From the NCBI GenBank assembly GCA_020137815.1, contig CM035352.1:186001-250000 (forward strand): a stretch of DNA of 64,000 nt. The letters run 5' to 3'. The notes under the pieces were generated by a model. That model ran no database searches. It worked only from the letters and a program-made list of their open reading frames with translations, and was not told where the DNA came from. Source of the DNA: Hormiphora californensis. Taxonomy: Eukaryota; Animalia; Ctenophora. How positions within the stretch are numbered: the stretch's first letter is position 1; every line of letters starts with the position of its first letter. Shown piece by piece: positions 39,185 to 52,535 of this stretch. A program made the translations under genes and the position numbers.

Positions 39185-39974
39185 TTAAAGTGAGAGTGGA
39201 CATAATCAGAATTGGACAAGTTTTTTGGAGGTTGTAGAGATTAGTTCTATGAGCATTATGCCTTTTTGCCGCTCAAAATCGACCCATCCATCACTGAGAT
39301 ATTTTTGTTACTCTCGGGGAATTCCTGTTTAATCAGTATGTAAAAAACAGGATAGAAACAATCGTCGTGTTTTACTAACACATTCTTAATATTAAGCAGT
39401 GAGGTTGACATGTCCAATGCACAGAAGCAGAGCAATGCAATTCAGCATGTTTAAAATTTAGTGAGAGTGGACCGAATCAGAATTGGACAAGTTTGGTGTA
39501 GGTGGTAGAGATTAGCTTTCTGAGCATTTTGCGTTTTTGCCGCTCAAAATCGACCCACCCATCACTGAGATATTATTGTTATGTTGGGAGAATTTCTGCT
39601 GGATCAATATTTATCAAACAGGATAGAAACAATCGTTGTGTTTTACTAACACATTCTTTAAATTTACAACATGCTAACTTGCATTGTTCTGCTTCTGTGC
39701 ATGAACATGTCAACCTCACTGATTATATTCAGAATGTGTTAGTAAAACACGACGATTGTTTCTATGCTGTTTTTTACATACTGATTAAACAGTAGTTCTC
39801 CCAACATAACAAAAATATCTCAGTGATGGGTGGGTCGATTTTGAGCGGTAAAAACGCATTATGCTCAGAAAGCTAATCTCTACTACTTACAACAACTTTA
39901 TCCAATTCTGATTCGGTCCACTCTCACTTTAAAGAATTTGTTAGTAAAACACAAGGATTGTTTCTATCCTGTTT

Positions 39975-40775
39975 CCCGGTGTCCCGATTTTTTTTTCACG
40001 CCTGGAATTTTCATTTTGGGAGCTCGTTTTGCTGCAGGAATTTTACTATTTGCTGCAGTCATGGATAGGGATTTTGCCGTCCTAAAATACCCCGGCAGTC
40101 CCAGTACCCCTAACATTGGAATATTTCCCTACTGCAGTCATTGGAATATTCCATCTTTGCAGTGCCTGCTGCAGTGCTGCTGCTAGTAGTGGAAATTCCT
40201 TGGAATATTCCATCTCTGCAGTGCTGCTGCAGCAGTGGAAATGTCTTGGAATATTCCACTCAGGGACTGCAACAGTGACTATAACGATCTCACCCCTTTG
40301 TAAAGCTATGGGGAAAAAAGAGAGCTATGTTAAAGTATGAATCTCTCTTTTCTTCCCCTTCCCTGCTGCAGTGCTGCAGCGACTGCAGAGATGGAAAATT
40401 CCGAGAAAATTCCACTCAGGTACTGCAACAGTGACTATAACGATCTCACCCCTTTGTAAAGCTATGGGGAAAAAAGAGAGCTTTGTTAAAGTATGAATCT
40501 CTCTTTTCTTTCCCCCTCCCCCTTACTCGACTGTTGTCGGTGCATTACGCACAACTGGGGCATGCCCCAACATATTCTATCTCTCTGTTACACACTGTTA
40601 ACACTGCAGCACTGCTGTATCTCTGCGTGTAAGTATGGAAAATATCTTCTGCTGCTGCAGCAGCTGCTGCTGCAGCAGTCCCCCAATATTTTTTCATTTT
40701 GCTGCAAGGATTTTGTTTTGCTGCAGAATTTTTGCATTTATCTTTCCTTCATATTCCAGAGATCGGGACACTGGG
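39975..40775. mobile_element. TIR element with 8-bp TSD (hAT/P-like), rich in ctgcag repeats
   Basis: cccggtgtcccgat...atcgggacactggg. TSD tcctgttt at 39967-39974 and 42133-42140 (right copy displaced by the Penelope insertion). Confidence 0.75.
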
Positions 40776-40779
40776 TCCT

Positions 40780-42124
40780 TTGGAGATGGTGGAGGCTGGT
40801 GGGGTAGTATATCTTGGTTTCATTGTTCACACCAATATTGTTGGAGGGTGCGATATGACATCGAAGACGCTCATTTGTTAGACGTTTCGGCTGTACGGCC
40901 ATTATCAATAATGCTATGGGGGAATTTACATTAGCACATTACATAAGACATCAATATGTACATAGGGGACAAAATTGTAAAAGACTGGACCAAACGGCAA
41001 ACACACACAACATAAACAGAAGCCAAAAACAACAAACAATCGAATCCACGATGCTGCTCCTTCATAAAAAACTCTTATTTACATTAATTTACACATGAAA
41101 TATTATAACAAAATACTAAAAAATGAACCCGTTGTTGCACATTTTGTTCAATGGTGGCCTTAGTCGTGTAATGGCACGGCTCTCTCTGAGATAGGCGTCT
41201 ATGGGGTCTCTACCCTTATTTATTATATCAAAATTGAAAATATTGAAGAATGCATCGTATTCCCTTCTCCCTGCTTGTCCGTATATGAGCTCCGGGTGCA
41301 TCTCATTAGCATGTTCCAATCTGGTGTGAGTCTCGTGCTCGGCGATCCGGTGTTTCAGTGGACGGCTTGTCACACCTATGTAGGTACCGTTGTTGCATAG
41401 GTTGCACGAAGCACGGTACACTACGTTTTCCGTCGAGCATTGAATGCCATGTTGATGCAGCTCGCATTCACAGTTTTGACTGTTTTCTTCTTTGTTGTTG
41501 TAATGGTTTTTCCTGTTGTAATGGTTTTTCACCATGCTAGCAACAGTTCTTCCCGAAGATGTTACCACACGGATCGGCAGCCCAGATTCTTTAACTGCTT
41601 TCTTCACCTTTCGTAGGGCGCCCTCATTGGTGTATGGCAGTTTCATGATGTATATTTTGTTGGATTTTTCATCATCTGGTGGGGCCGGGCTTGTAGTCGG
41701 GGTGGATAACTGCTTCGCAATTTCCAAGCTAACAGTTTTTATCGGGTAGCCTGAGTTGACTAGATTTTCTCTCAGTTTTTCAAGGTGAGGGAATGCTAGG
41801 TCAACTGTGGAACACCTGTTGAGGATGCGTTTTGTTTCTGTGCGGATTATATTTAGTTTTATAACTTCTGCACAGTGGGAGTGATAGTTGAGGTAGCTTC
41901 CACTGTGGGTGCTCTTCTGAAAGAGTTCCCACGTTAGAGATGTTTCTCCTCCGTTGTTGGTGGTTCTAACGGTCAGGTCGAGAAAAGAGATTTCTGAGAC
42001 TCCTACTGCTGGTTCTGTTGCCTCTTCTCTTGTAAATTTTACAGCCGAAACGTCTAACAAATGAGCGTCTTCGATGTCATATCGCACCCTCCAACAATAT
42101 TGGTGTGAACAATGAAACCAAGAT
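40780..42124 (-). mobile_element. 5'-truncated Penelope-like element (RT thumb plus GIY-YIG) with an inverted terminal segment
   Basis: ISFLDL...FQKSTHSGSYLNYHSH...CECELH...VVYRASCNLC...YIGVTSRPLKHRIAEH...ES-AI-RPPLN. 40810-40895 is inverted at 42040-42124. 12-bp TSD acactgggtcct. Confidence 0.9.
40872..40914 (-). ncRNA. Variant minimal hammerhead ribozyme (U3-A8 core)
   Basis: The minus strand reads TTGATAA-T-GGC-CGTACA-GCC-GAAAC-GTC, ~200 nt downstream of the Penelope stop codon. Confidence 0.6.
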
Positions 42125-43186
42125 ACACTGGGTCCTGTTTGATAAATATTGATCCAGCAGGAATTCCCCGAGAGTAACAAAAATATCTCAGTGATGGATG
42201 GGTCGATTTTGAGTGGCAAAAAGGCAAAATGCTCATAGAACTAATCTCTACAACCTCCAAAAAACTTGTCCAATTCTGATTCTGTCCACTCTCACTTTAA
42301 AAAAGGCAGATGAAATTCTTGGGTCAACATTTGCACGTGCAGTTTAATAGGAGCTATGGGAGGGGGATTGGGGACCTTCGCCAATCTGCAAAATCCATAG
42401 CTCTGTGAAAATAGCTTAACTTCATCTTTCCAATGAGCCAAAGATTACCGAAATTGGTTGAGAAATGGCCGAGTTATGGCGTAAAACGTCTAAAAATCGT
42501 GCAAAAACGTGATTTTCACTGTTCTTGGTAACTACCGCAGTTTTGTAGTCGACGGGGGCTCTGCTTGCGGGGTTCCTTAGAAACCGACGCCAGTTTCCAG
42601 CTGGAACACTCCTGGTCAACCATGACATCTACGATCATGTGACCGAATTTCGTTGTGAATTGCATTGAAAGTAGGCGCTGTGCATAGTGTCAATACTACC
42701 CCCCCCCCCACTAGTAACAAACGACACAGAATTAGAAATTCTTGATACCGTAGCAATGGTTCATCCACTAAGTTTTGTGAGAAAACAGGGCACACCAATC
42801 TCAAAATTTTCTCGCGAAGCTCATTTTATTCCTTTATGACTGAAGTGATATCACTCTAAAATTTTTTCCCTGCCCGGGTGGATGATATTTTTAGCACGTG
42901 TGCTAAAAAGATCATTCAGGGTTTAGAAATCAGCGATGGTGGGGGTTAAATGTCCGCCACGCAGATACGCCTAACAACATCAAGTCTGCTCCTTTATAAA
43001 ACTTTCATCTCACGCTAGTAGTATGTAAAATGGCCCCGCTGGATCACGATTTTCGGTGTCACCACATTATTCCATATTTGGGCATATCACGTGATGTCAA
43101 ATGATGTCACGTCATAGAATTTTGCAAACCTTTATATATTCCATATTTGCATACGTCATATGATGTCACGTGATTAATTAAGATTA

Positions 43187-43506
43187 CTAGCAAAACTGGG
43201 GCGATCGTACCGATCGCAAATCGAGGGGTCTGTTTCTATGTTTTCTCTCTGCCTGTCTGCTATATGCTATGTGATGTGATCCCTCTCTTTTTCTCTCTTT
43301 CTCTCCCTTTTATACATGTGATGTGACCCCTCAAGTCGCAAGCAGTTCTCAACACGTGTGATACGTGATACCTACGAATCACGTCGTCACACTGACGGAT
43401 CATGTCGTCACACTGACGGATCACGTCGTCACATTGACGGATCACGTCGTCACATTGACGATAGGGTGTCACATTTCCGTGCAAATTTGCATTAGATATA
43501 GTTAGA
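43187..43506 (-). mobile_element. Non-autonomous Helitron in the left Polinton TIR
   Basis: Reverse complement of the 30584-30886 element. The empty A|T site is visible in the right TIR near 46240. Confidence 0.87.
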
Positions 43507-44156
43507 TGATGTGACGTCACCAAATAATTAGGTATTTTCAATGACGTCAGCACAGAATGTATGTGTAAACATGCGAATTATGATCAAATTACCAGCACAA
43601 GGCTTTTTTGGACTGTAACAGCACGGAAATTTCTGTCTGAAACGTAAAAACTCTTGAAAAGGGCAAATTAAAGCGTTACCTTGGTGCTTTTGTGTTCCAA
43701 GTGCTGACAAGCGCTCCAGCAGTATATCCTGTGGATGTTCCCAGCTGGCAAGGGCCACAGTATAGTGTAAAATGGCCCCGCTGTACCACCTAAAAATGGG
43801 GTACACATTTGATAATCCAGTAAAATGTCTGGACGCTTACATTAATGGGTGTTTTTAGCTGTTCCTAGCCATTCCTAGCTATTCCTTGTTAATTATAGGA
43901 ATCTTAAAAGCGTTCCAAGTGTTCCTAGTCTATTGTCCGTATGCTCTATGAGTGTTCCCGGCAGTTCCTTGGTCATTCAATCTATTCCTAGTGTTCCTAG
44001 TCTGTTATTCACCGTTATCTGGTGTTTCTCGCCTGTTCCAGGCATCACAGGAACACACAGGAACATACAGGAACGGTTAGAAACAGCTTAAAATACAAAA
44101 TAAGTCAGAAAATACGCTTTTTAGAGCTAAAATATATATAGAATATTACATACATC

Positions 44157-45640
44157 TCAATTTTCATATTCTAAACTTGCAACAAGGGATAGTGTTCTCC
44201 CGATAACTTGAAAAATATTATAAAAATCTTTTGAATGTTTTAAAAGTAGTCTTTTGATTTCATCTAGGCTTTTGCAATCAACCATATTGATCAGTTTTCT
44301 ACCTTTTGCACTTAGGCGCTTTCTCCGAGGAACAACTAGAGGAACAGCTCCATACTTTAGACCGATAAATAGGCTTTTTATTGCTTTAACCAGTCTATTA
44401 CTGCGTACAATCGAAGCATAGCTTTTCATATCCATCAATCTTCGAAGTTCTAAATAGTCCCGGATATTTTTAAGAGTTGATTATTGTATCCGAGAACTCA
44501 TAGAACTGCTGTGTCATGAAATTTAGTCCTAAATTCTTCTAGTTGTTTCTCAAACAAGAGAATTCTCTCAAGATGCTGTTTTGTTTCACTCAACTTTGAT
44601 TAATACAGTCGGACCCCGATTTAACGGCACCCTCGGGGGAAAGGTTTTTGTCCGTTAAATCGGGGTGTCCGCTAAATCGGGGTCAAATATGGTTGATTTT
44701 CTGTATCGGGGGAAGATTATGCTGCCGCTAAATCGGGGTGCCGCTAAATCGGGGGCCGTTAAATCGGGGTCCGACTGTATAATCTCTCATATTTCCGAGC
44801 TTGTTGATCTCGTTTTCGGTACAACGCCTTGAAGTCAATTTCCTTCAATGGATCAGATTTATCCTCAATTTCATCTTCCTCAATATCATCATCCTCATCA
44901 TCCAGATATATCATTATTTACTTCATTATCCTTTTTAGAATTAATTGATGATTCCTTATTTGGAACGTTTTCTGTTTTGTCATCGGCTTTGATTGATTGA
45001 GCTGAGTCAGTACCAGTTGGTCCCCATTTTTTGTGATCATATTTTTCATGTTGAAGAAGAATTGCATGGATACATTTTTACAGAAAAAAATCAAATGACA
45101 ATAATAAATTAAAAGACAAGTGTTTCTTTTATAGTCGTCCCACATTATTCCCACAATTTGGACAATCTTCGTTCTCTTCCGGTAACACCTTTTCCGTGAT
45201 ATCTTCTACCGATTCTAGATTTTGTTGCACCAATTCACGAATCACGATCAATGATTCGTTATCCTTTATCGCATTTATTAGGAGCTCCTCTTCTGGTGTC
45301 AGCTCAATCTGAGACAAATCTGCATTAATTAGATCTTGCTTCAAACAAAACACTGTAGTAGGCCTCGAGTATGGACGTTTCACTTTCGACATTTGGTGAA
45401 TCGATCTCTTCATCAGATAATTGGGATAATTCCTCCGGGTCAGGATCTGTGTCAGGGTCAGAATCAGAGCTATTTCGCTTTTTGTCATTCAATCGTAGAG
45501 CTTTCAGATAAGACTTTGAATGAGACATGGTTGGAAATGATGATCATGGAAAAACTCTTTTATTCCTCGATGTTCTTTTCAAAAGTATTTGGTTCCTCGG
45601 TGTTCTTTTCAAGAACCCTTTGATTCCTTGGTGTTCTTTT
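44157..45640 (-). pseudogene. Fragmented ORF of unknown function inside the mini-Polinton
   Basis: Protein-like pieces (ELTPEEELLINAIKDNESLIVIRELV; LFIGLKYGAVPLVVPRRKRLS) broken by frameshifts and by a MITE at 44606-44777. Confidence 0.55.
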
Positions 45641-46533
45641 GATTTCGTGTTTCTAACCGTTCGACCGTGTTCCTATGATGTTCCTGTGTGTTCCTGTGAT
45701 GCCTGGAACAAGCGAGAAACACCAGATAACGGTGAATAACAGACTAGGAACACTAGGAATAGATTGAATGACCAAGGAACTGCCGGGAACACTCATAGAG
45801 CATACGGACAATAGACTAGGAACACTTGGAACGCTTTTAAGATTCCTATAATTAACAAGGAATAGCTAGGAATGGCTAGGAACAGCTAAAAACACCCATT
45901 AATGTAAGCGTCCAGACATTTTACTGGATTATCAAATGTGTACCCCATTTTTAGGTGGTACAGCGGGGCCATTTTACACTATACTGTGGCCCTTGCCAGC
46001 TGGGAACATCCACAGGATACACTGCTGGAGCGCTTGTCAGCACTTGGAACACAAAAGCACCAAGGTAACGCTTTAATTTGCCCTTTTCAAGAGTTTTTAC
46101 GTTTCAGACAGAGAAATTTCCGTGCTGTTACAGTCCAAAAAAGCCTTGTGCTGGTAATTTGATCATAATTCGCATGTTTACACATACATTCTGTGCTGAC
46201 GTCATTGAAAATACCTAATTATTTGGTGACGTCACATCATAATCTTAATTAATCACGTGACATCATATGACGTATGCAAATATGGAATATACAAAGGTTT
46301 GCAAAATTCTATGACGTCACACCATGACGTCATAATCACGTGATATGCCCAAATATGGAATAATGTGGTGACACCGAAAATCGTGATCCAGCGGGGCCAT
46401 TTTACATACTACTCACGCTTCGTTGATGCAATAAAGGAAATGATTAACACGCATTGTACGGTGCACTTGCCAGTGCAGTGATATCGTCTAATATACTATT
46501 TAACCTTTTATTTTCAGAACTAGCTAATCGACA

Positions 46534-46680
46534 ATGGACAATGAACGTTATTTAGGACAGCTGAATAGTTTTCTGACAAACAAAGGATACACTCTTCCTC
46601 GTGATGTTGAATGCATTGAACAGTCTACACAATCGGGCACTGTTTTTCTTTGCAAGTTATTCCTCTTCGACTTTGGACTT
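46534..46680 (+). CDS. dsRNA-binding-domain protein, coding exon 1 (N-half of dsRBD1)
   Basis: ttttattttcag acceptor 16 nt before the ATG; MDNERYLGQLNSFLTNKGYTLPRDVECIEQSTQSGTVFLCKLFLFDFGL; GTATGT donor, phase 0. Confidence 0.75.
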
Positions 46681-47963
46681 GTATGTGAAATTTGACAAAA
46701 ATCACTGTGTTGGAAAGCATCACCCTTCCCCAAAATAAGATGGGGATTATGTGCACAAAGTTTTCAAATCACTGAGTTTAACTGCCTTCATTTCAAGTTC
46801 AAGGGTTCGAACAGATACATATAATACATTGATGGGCGAAAAAAGTCCTCCCTAGACAAGCATGGTTCGGTTTCAGATATTGTAGAGCTCTAAAATTTGG
46901 CACAGTTACTTATACATACTTTATGGGACAAATATAAAATAAATATATATTGACCAAAATGTCAGACTTTTAGCTCAAAGTTCATTTTTTTCACCGAAAT
47001 GAACATTTTCATTCATTCCAAAATCACGATTTTTCGGTCTAGAAGTTAAACCATTGCTTTTGGCCATCGATCAGCTTTCCAACGCCTCCAAGAAACCCCA
47101 AAACGAACAATCACAAGACACACAGCTACAGCGGCATGTTTCTGACAGTGACGCTCCAGTTACAAAATTTGAACCTGGCATCAGTTTCAACTGGACAGCT
47201 GGGACACTCCTGGTGAACCATGCTGCACGAGAGATTTTCGATCACGTGATCGATGTGAATTTCATTGAAAGTATAGTGCATCAGTACTCCAAAGACAACA
47301 TGACGCTAGTTTTACTGAAAACTGATACCAGGTTCGAATTTTGTAACTGGTCCCTTAGTCAGGTCATGTGATCCCCACCGAATCGTGGACTATTTTAAAT
47401 TGCTTATCAGACGTAGTGGGGAAGAATCGCGTATCGTAGCCGCTAATGAGGGATGTGTATCAAAAAGCGACATGATATGTTATTCGAGAGCACTTGTCTG
47501 AAGAGGCCACTTGTTAATGAGCTTCAAATCGCATGACCAATCATCATCGTCATCCATCATTATATTAGCGGATGTGATACGTGATTCTTCCTCACTTGCC
47601 TGATCAGAAAATTATATTAGTCCACGATTCGGTGGGGGTCACATGACTTGACTAACTGTCAGAAACATGTCCACTGCACTTGTGATTGTCCGTTTTGGGT
47701 TTTCTTGGTTTCTTGGTCGCGTTGGAAAGCTAATCGATAGCAAAAAATGGAGACGGACGCTAGGTCAAACGCCTAAGTCTAATCGGACTCTATATAATAC
47801 TTAGAGTCCGATTTTTGCTCAAAATACGAGCAGGACTCTATGTCTACCAAGTCTAAAACAAGGGGACTCTATGTCTACTAAGTCTAAAACAAGGGGACGC
47901 TAAGTCTAAAAAATAACGGTATTTAGTCTAAAATCGTAGATTGTGATCGAAAGTTTCCGGCCA

Positions 47964-48515
47964 TTAGGCCGGAAACGAGAGCTCGCACATCAGAATCACT
48001 CTCAGTTTTATGAGTTCCCACAACTGAACCTCGTCTAATAGACCACAGCTTCTCTTCTCTCTCTCTCTCAACTTAGCAACTAATGTTCTCCTTTCTAATC
48101 TTTCCTCTAAAGTCCTATCAGGGGCAATGAACACTGCTCGGAAAGTCTCTGTCCCTTTCAGCCGTGCTGCCTTAGCTAAAATATCCCTAACAGTCTCCTT
48201 GCTCCTCAAAATCACCTTCACCGTACCCCTTCCTCCCTGATCCTCCCAAGCCTCTCAACTTTTGAAAGAACTGATGCTTCCTCCTTTACCTTATCACTGT
48301 CACTACTCCTCTCATCCTCGCACAATCCATATACAATCGTATTACTACTGTGGTCGGTTGTTGCACTAGCAATAGCAGTCCGGATTTTACTGGGAGCAAG
48401 AGCAGATGTACATGCAATATGCATTATTCACAGCAGTAGCGGCTGTTTCAAGTGCTGTTGAATAGATCTGGATCTCATTCTTAACAACTGACTGGACAGC
48501 ACTCTTCTCAAGCAT
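47964..48515 (-). pseudogene. Degenerate LINE ORF1 fragment
   Basis: LAPSKIRTAI...SSNTIVYGL...VFIAPDRTLEERLERR; similar to 24550-25040. Confidence 0.75.
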
Positions 48516-49386
48516 ACTAAATGTGGGCATAAAAAATGTCCGCCCTAGACTAGCATGGTTCCAGATATTGTAGAGCGCCAAAATTTGGCAGAGTTACTCT
48601 ATGGGACAAATAAATAGGTTGACCAAAATTTCAGACTTTTAGCTCAAAGTTCATTTTTTTGATCGGAATGAACATTGTCATTCATTCCAAAAAACATGAA
48701 TTTTTTATCCAAAAGTCAAACAATTGTCTTTGGCTATCGAATTTCTTTCAAATGCGACCAAGAAATCAAAAACAGACAACCACAAGGCACACAGTGATCA
48801 TGTTTCTTGTAGTGAGTCAGGTCATGTGATCCTCACCGAATCGTGGACAACTTTCTGAGTTGCTAATCAGGCTTATTGGGGAAGAATCACGTATCATAGC
48901 CGCTAATGAGGGATGTGTATCGAAAAAGCGACATGTGATTTGAAAGCACTGAGATAAAGAGAACACTTGTTAATGAGCCTCGGATCTCATGGCCAATCAT
49001 CTTCGTCATCCCACATTGGCGGCTGTGATACGTGATTCTCCACAACTAATCCTGATTAGCAATTTAGAACAGTCCAAGATTCGATGGGGATCACATGACC
49101 TGACTATCTGTCAGAAACATGATCACTGTGTGCCTTGTGCTTGCCCGTTTTTGATTTTCTTAGTCACATTTGAAAGAAATTCGACAGCCAAAGACAATTG
49201 TATAAATTCTGCCGTCGAGCTGTATTTCTGTTGTAAGATGTGCTAGTCCTTTGTGTCCTATTTTGCAGTCCCAGCCACGAAAGCCGCTCAACGACTGGTC
49301 GTGTACAGTGCACACTGCATAATCTGAGAATGAAGCATATAAACTATGTAACTAGCTAATTTGTCGAAGTAAAACATAACTTTCAG

Positions 49387-49533
49387 AGCAAAACTGGGAT
49401 TGGCAAGACGAAAAAGTCAGCGAAGAACGATGCTGCTCGCCAATTGTTTGACGATATTGCGAGAAAAGAGCTTCAACCTTCTGATCTGAGTAGAAAAGAT
49501 ACGGGAAAGAAAGGAGAAATTAGTGAGTTGTTT
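49387..49533 (+). CDS. dsRBD protein, exon 2
   Basis: tttcag acceptor; SKTGIGKTKKSAKNDAARQLFDDI...KKGEISELF (KKxAxxxAA motif); GTAAGT donor, phase 0. Confidence 0.85.
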
Positions 49534-50674
49534 GTAAGTTAAAATATATTGTATACTGTAAAACCAGATATTTTCGCGATTCGATCAAAATTGACTATTT
49601 TCGCTTATCCCACTGCCACCCCCATTTCACGGTCCTAGTCTATTGTTTAATTACGCCAAGAGTGCAGTCATCATTGCCATGAGACACCAGACCTGCTTGG
49701 CGTAGACCAATGAAGTGTGAGCATTTTCTCATTGCTGATTGGATCTAACATAAGATATAGCCAATCAATGAACCGATTACCACTGACTTAGTACTAGAGT
49801 AAAAAAATCCTGAAATGATTTGCACGAGTTCTATGTGAAAAATTGTCCAAAATATTTTCGCGGAATTAATTTTCGCGGATTTTCCAGCCAAAAATAAAGA
49901 GCGAAAATTAAAATCTCACAAAAATTAATGGTTTTACAGTATGCTGATATGCAAGCCCAAATTAAAATTGTAAAATTTTGAGCCAATTTGACAAAAAAAC
50001 AATAGAAATGCTCATTACCAAGCCATGTTACATTGGGAATGAGCATTTCCATTATTTCTGTCACATTTACAGACACATCTACAAATATACATATTAGAGT
50101 GCGTTCTACACATCCTAAAAAACGATGGTAAAAACGACGGTAAAAACGATACAGACAGATAGAATATGTTGGAGCATGTTCCAGTTGTGCCTAGTGCACC
50201 GATAACAGTCACGTAAGGGGGAAGGGGAAGAACAGAGAGATTCATACTTTAACATATATTCTGTCTGTATCGTTTTTACCATCGTTTTTACCATTGTTTT
50301 TTAGGATGTGTAGAACGCACTCTTAGTTACCAATTATTTTATGTCTGTTATGAATCCGATTGTATTTCTTCCATCTTATGAGAGCAGGTTAATTTGGTTT
50401 TTATCACCGTTGTTGAATCTAATTTTGGTTGAGTGTGTGAGTAAACTGCTCTGATTATCCCTCAGTGGCAGTATTAGCTATGCTATGCTGTCCCTGGGGG
50501 ATCTGGACAGGATACAACTCTAGATATTATTATTACTAGAAGGCCCGTTCAAGTAGAGCACCCGTTGACCCGAATCCCCACGCTCTCCCTCACCCAGAAT
50601 CACCCCTCTCACCCACTGTCGACAGAATTCTCTAAAAACTTTCTGGAGAAATTTACTTCGAATTTACTTGAACG

Positions 50675-50974
50675 TTAATCGTATTTTTTCGATTTATCAG
50701 GAGTTTTAAGCCTTTTTACAGAGTTTTTTGTCGTGTAGAAAAATATTCTAAACAGGGCGCTTTCCAGCTCCGCGCCACACTTCTTTAGTTGTTTGGCTGC
50801 TGAAAAAGTATATTCCAGTGTAGATTTCAGCCGCATATTATACTTTTTCAGCAGCCAAACAACTAAAGAAGTGCAGCGCGGCGCTGGAAAGGGCCCTGTT
50901 TTTAATATTCTTCTACACGACAAAAAATCTGAAAAAATGCTCAAAACTCCTGATAAATCGAAAAAAACGATTAA
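50675..50974. mobile_element. ~300-bp palindromic MITE
   Basis: ttaatcgtattttttcgatttatcaggag...ctcctgataaatcgaaaaaaacgattaa. Confidence 0.75.
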
Positions 50975-51174
50975 CGAAAAGTTTTAGGTATCTTGTCAAC
51001 CTGAAAATGATATGATATTTATATAGTATTATCATAGTTTTATTAAACAATATTGTTTTTTATTGAGATTTGAGCATGAGCAGCCGCATAATGATAATGA
51101 TCAACATGAATATTGGCGTGGCATAACCTGAGTTCAGATTGCTACACTTTTTTCTAAAAATATTTTGTCTCCAG

Positions 51175-51336
51175 GAACTAGCCCAACGGCATAAACTTGG
51201 AAACCCCTGTTTTCAAGTTATATCTACGCCATCATCGAGTGACCCAAGCTTCAGCGTTGAATTAAGATTGGCTGGAGAAGTTTCTGAAGCAGCGGGCAGC
51301 AACAAAAAAATGGCAAAAATAGCAGCAGCACTTAAA
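51175..51336 (+). CDS. dsRBD protein, exon 3 (dsRBD2)
   Basis: tttgtctccag acceptor; ELAQRHKLGNPCFQV...PSFSVELRL...AAGSNKKMAKIAAALK; GTAAGT donor, phase 0. Confidence 0.87.
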
Positions 51337-52535
51337 GTAAGTATTTACTGTTACACACCTGAAGGAGTATTAACAAGATTATTTGCATTATGTTGTAACA
51401 TAACTTATAGGAACCGGCAATACCGGATTTTTTTTCTCGATTCGATCTCGATCTTTTTTAGAAGGTCGAAAATTTTTCGATTCGATCCAGATTTGATCTT
51501 TTAGCGATCAAAAATTTTCGATTCGATCTCGATTCGATCTTTGGGCTATCCAAAAATATCGATTCGATCTCGATTCGATCTTTTGGGGTTCAAAAATTTT
51601 CGATTCGGTCTCGATTCGATCTTTGGGTGATAAAAAACTTTCGATTCGATCTCGATTCGATCTTTGGGTAATAAAAAACTTTTGATCCGATCTTTGGGCG
51701 ATAAAAACCTTTCGATTCGATCTTTGAGGGTTCAAAAAATCTCGATTCGATCTTTGGGTGATAAAACAAGAATTGTAAAATTTTGAGATATAATATAATT
51801 CTTTAGGTAGCACTGCTTGTACAACTTATAACACCCCCCAGTGTTATAAGTTTTCACTTATAACACCCCCCAGTGTTATAAGTTTTCACTTATAACACCC
51901 CCCAGTGATACATGAAAACTTATAACACTGCTGCACTTAGAAGTCCTTACTCCACTGTTTCTGTCACACTTAAAAACCGTTGGAAAGATAAGCGTGTACG
52001 AACTCCCTCTCTCTCTTTCTTTATGTCACACTCTCAAGCCGTTGCAACACCGAGATCAAGATAACAGTCACGAACTCCCAGACCCACACATTCTTTATCT
52101 CTCTCTCACTCTCGCTAATCTATCACTCTCTTTACCTATAGATCTCAGACGTTATCTTATCTCTGCCTGCTACCTTATCATGAATTCGTTCTATTGTTAC
52201 GCCCTAAACTGTCTCTCACTCTTGTTTTAAAAATTTTACAATGCAATTTTATTATGCCTATTTTCGTTGTACCTGACGTCAACAATAATGTCCCAGATTC
52301 TTACACTTTTAGACCTCGCAGGCTCGGTCAAAAAGTAAAACTACATCACTCGCAGGCTCGTGAGGTAGTTACACTTAGTGGCACTCGCAGGCTCGTGCAC
52401 TAAAGTACAAGAATCTGCCTCGACCTGTGGTCTCGGATCATTATTGTTGTACTTATAACACTCGACCTTCGGTCTCGTGTTATAAGTTTTCAGGTACAAC
52501 TTATAGGCATAATAAAATCCTACATTATTGCATTA

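Larger units (their letters stand above)
39189..42296. mobile_element. Kolobok-like MITE hosting three nested insertions
   Basis: TTAA-flanked TIRs. Contains 39460-39928, 39975-40775 and 40780-42124. Confidence 0.8.
43017..46413. mobile_element. Non-autonomous Polinton/Maverick derivative
   Basis: Termini AGTAGTATG...CATACTACT, 6-bp TSD cacgct (43011-43016 / 46414-46419), ~770-bp near-identical TIRs, degenerate internal ORF on the minus strand. Confidence 0.82.

Noticed and set aside
41116-42219. 367-aa ORF as a single gene
   Set aside because: The first ~60 aa come from the host MITE and the inverted terminal segment. Only 41116-42040 is Penelope coding sequence.
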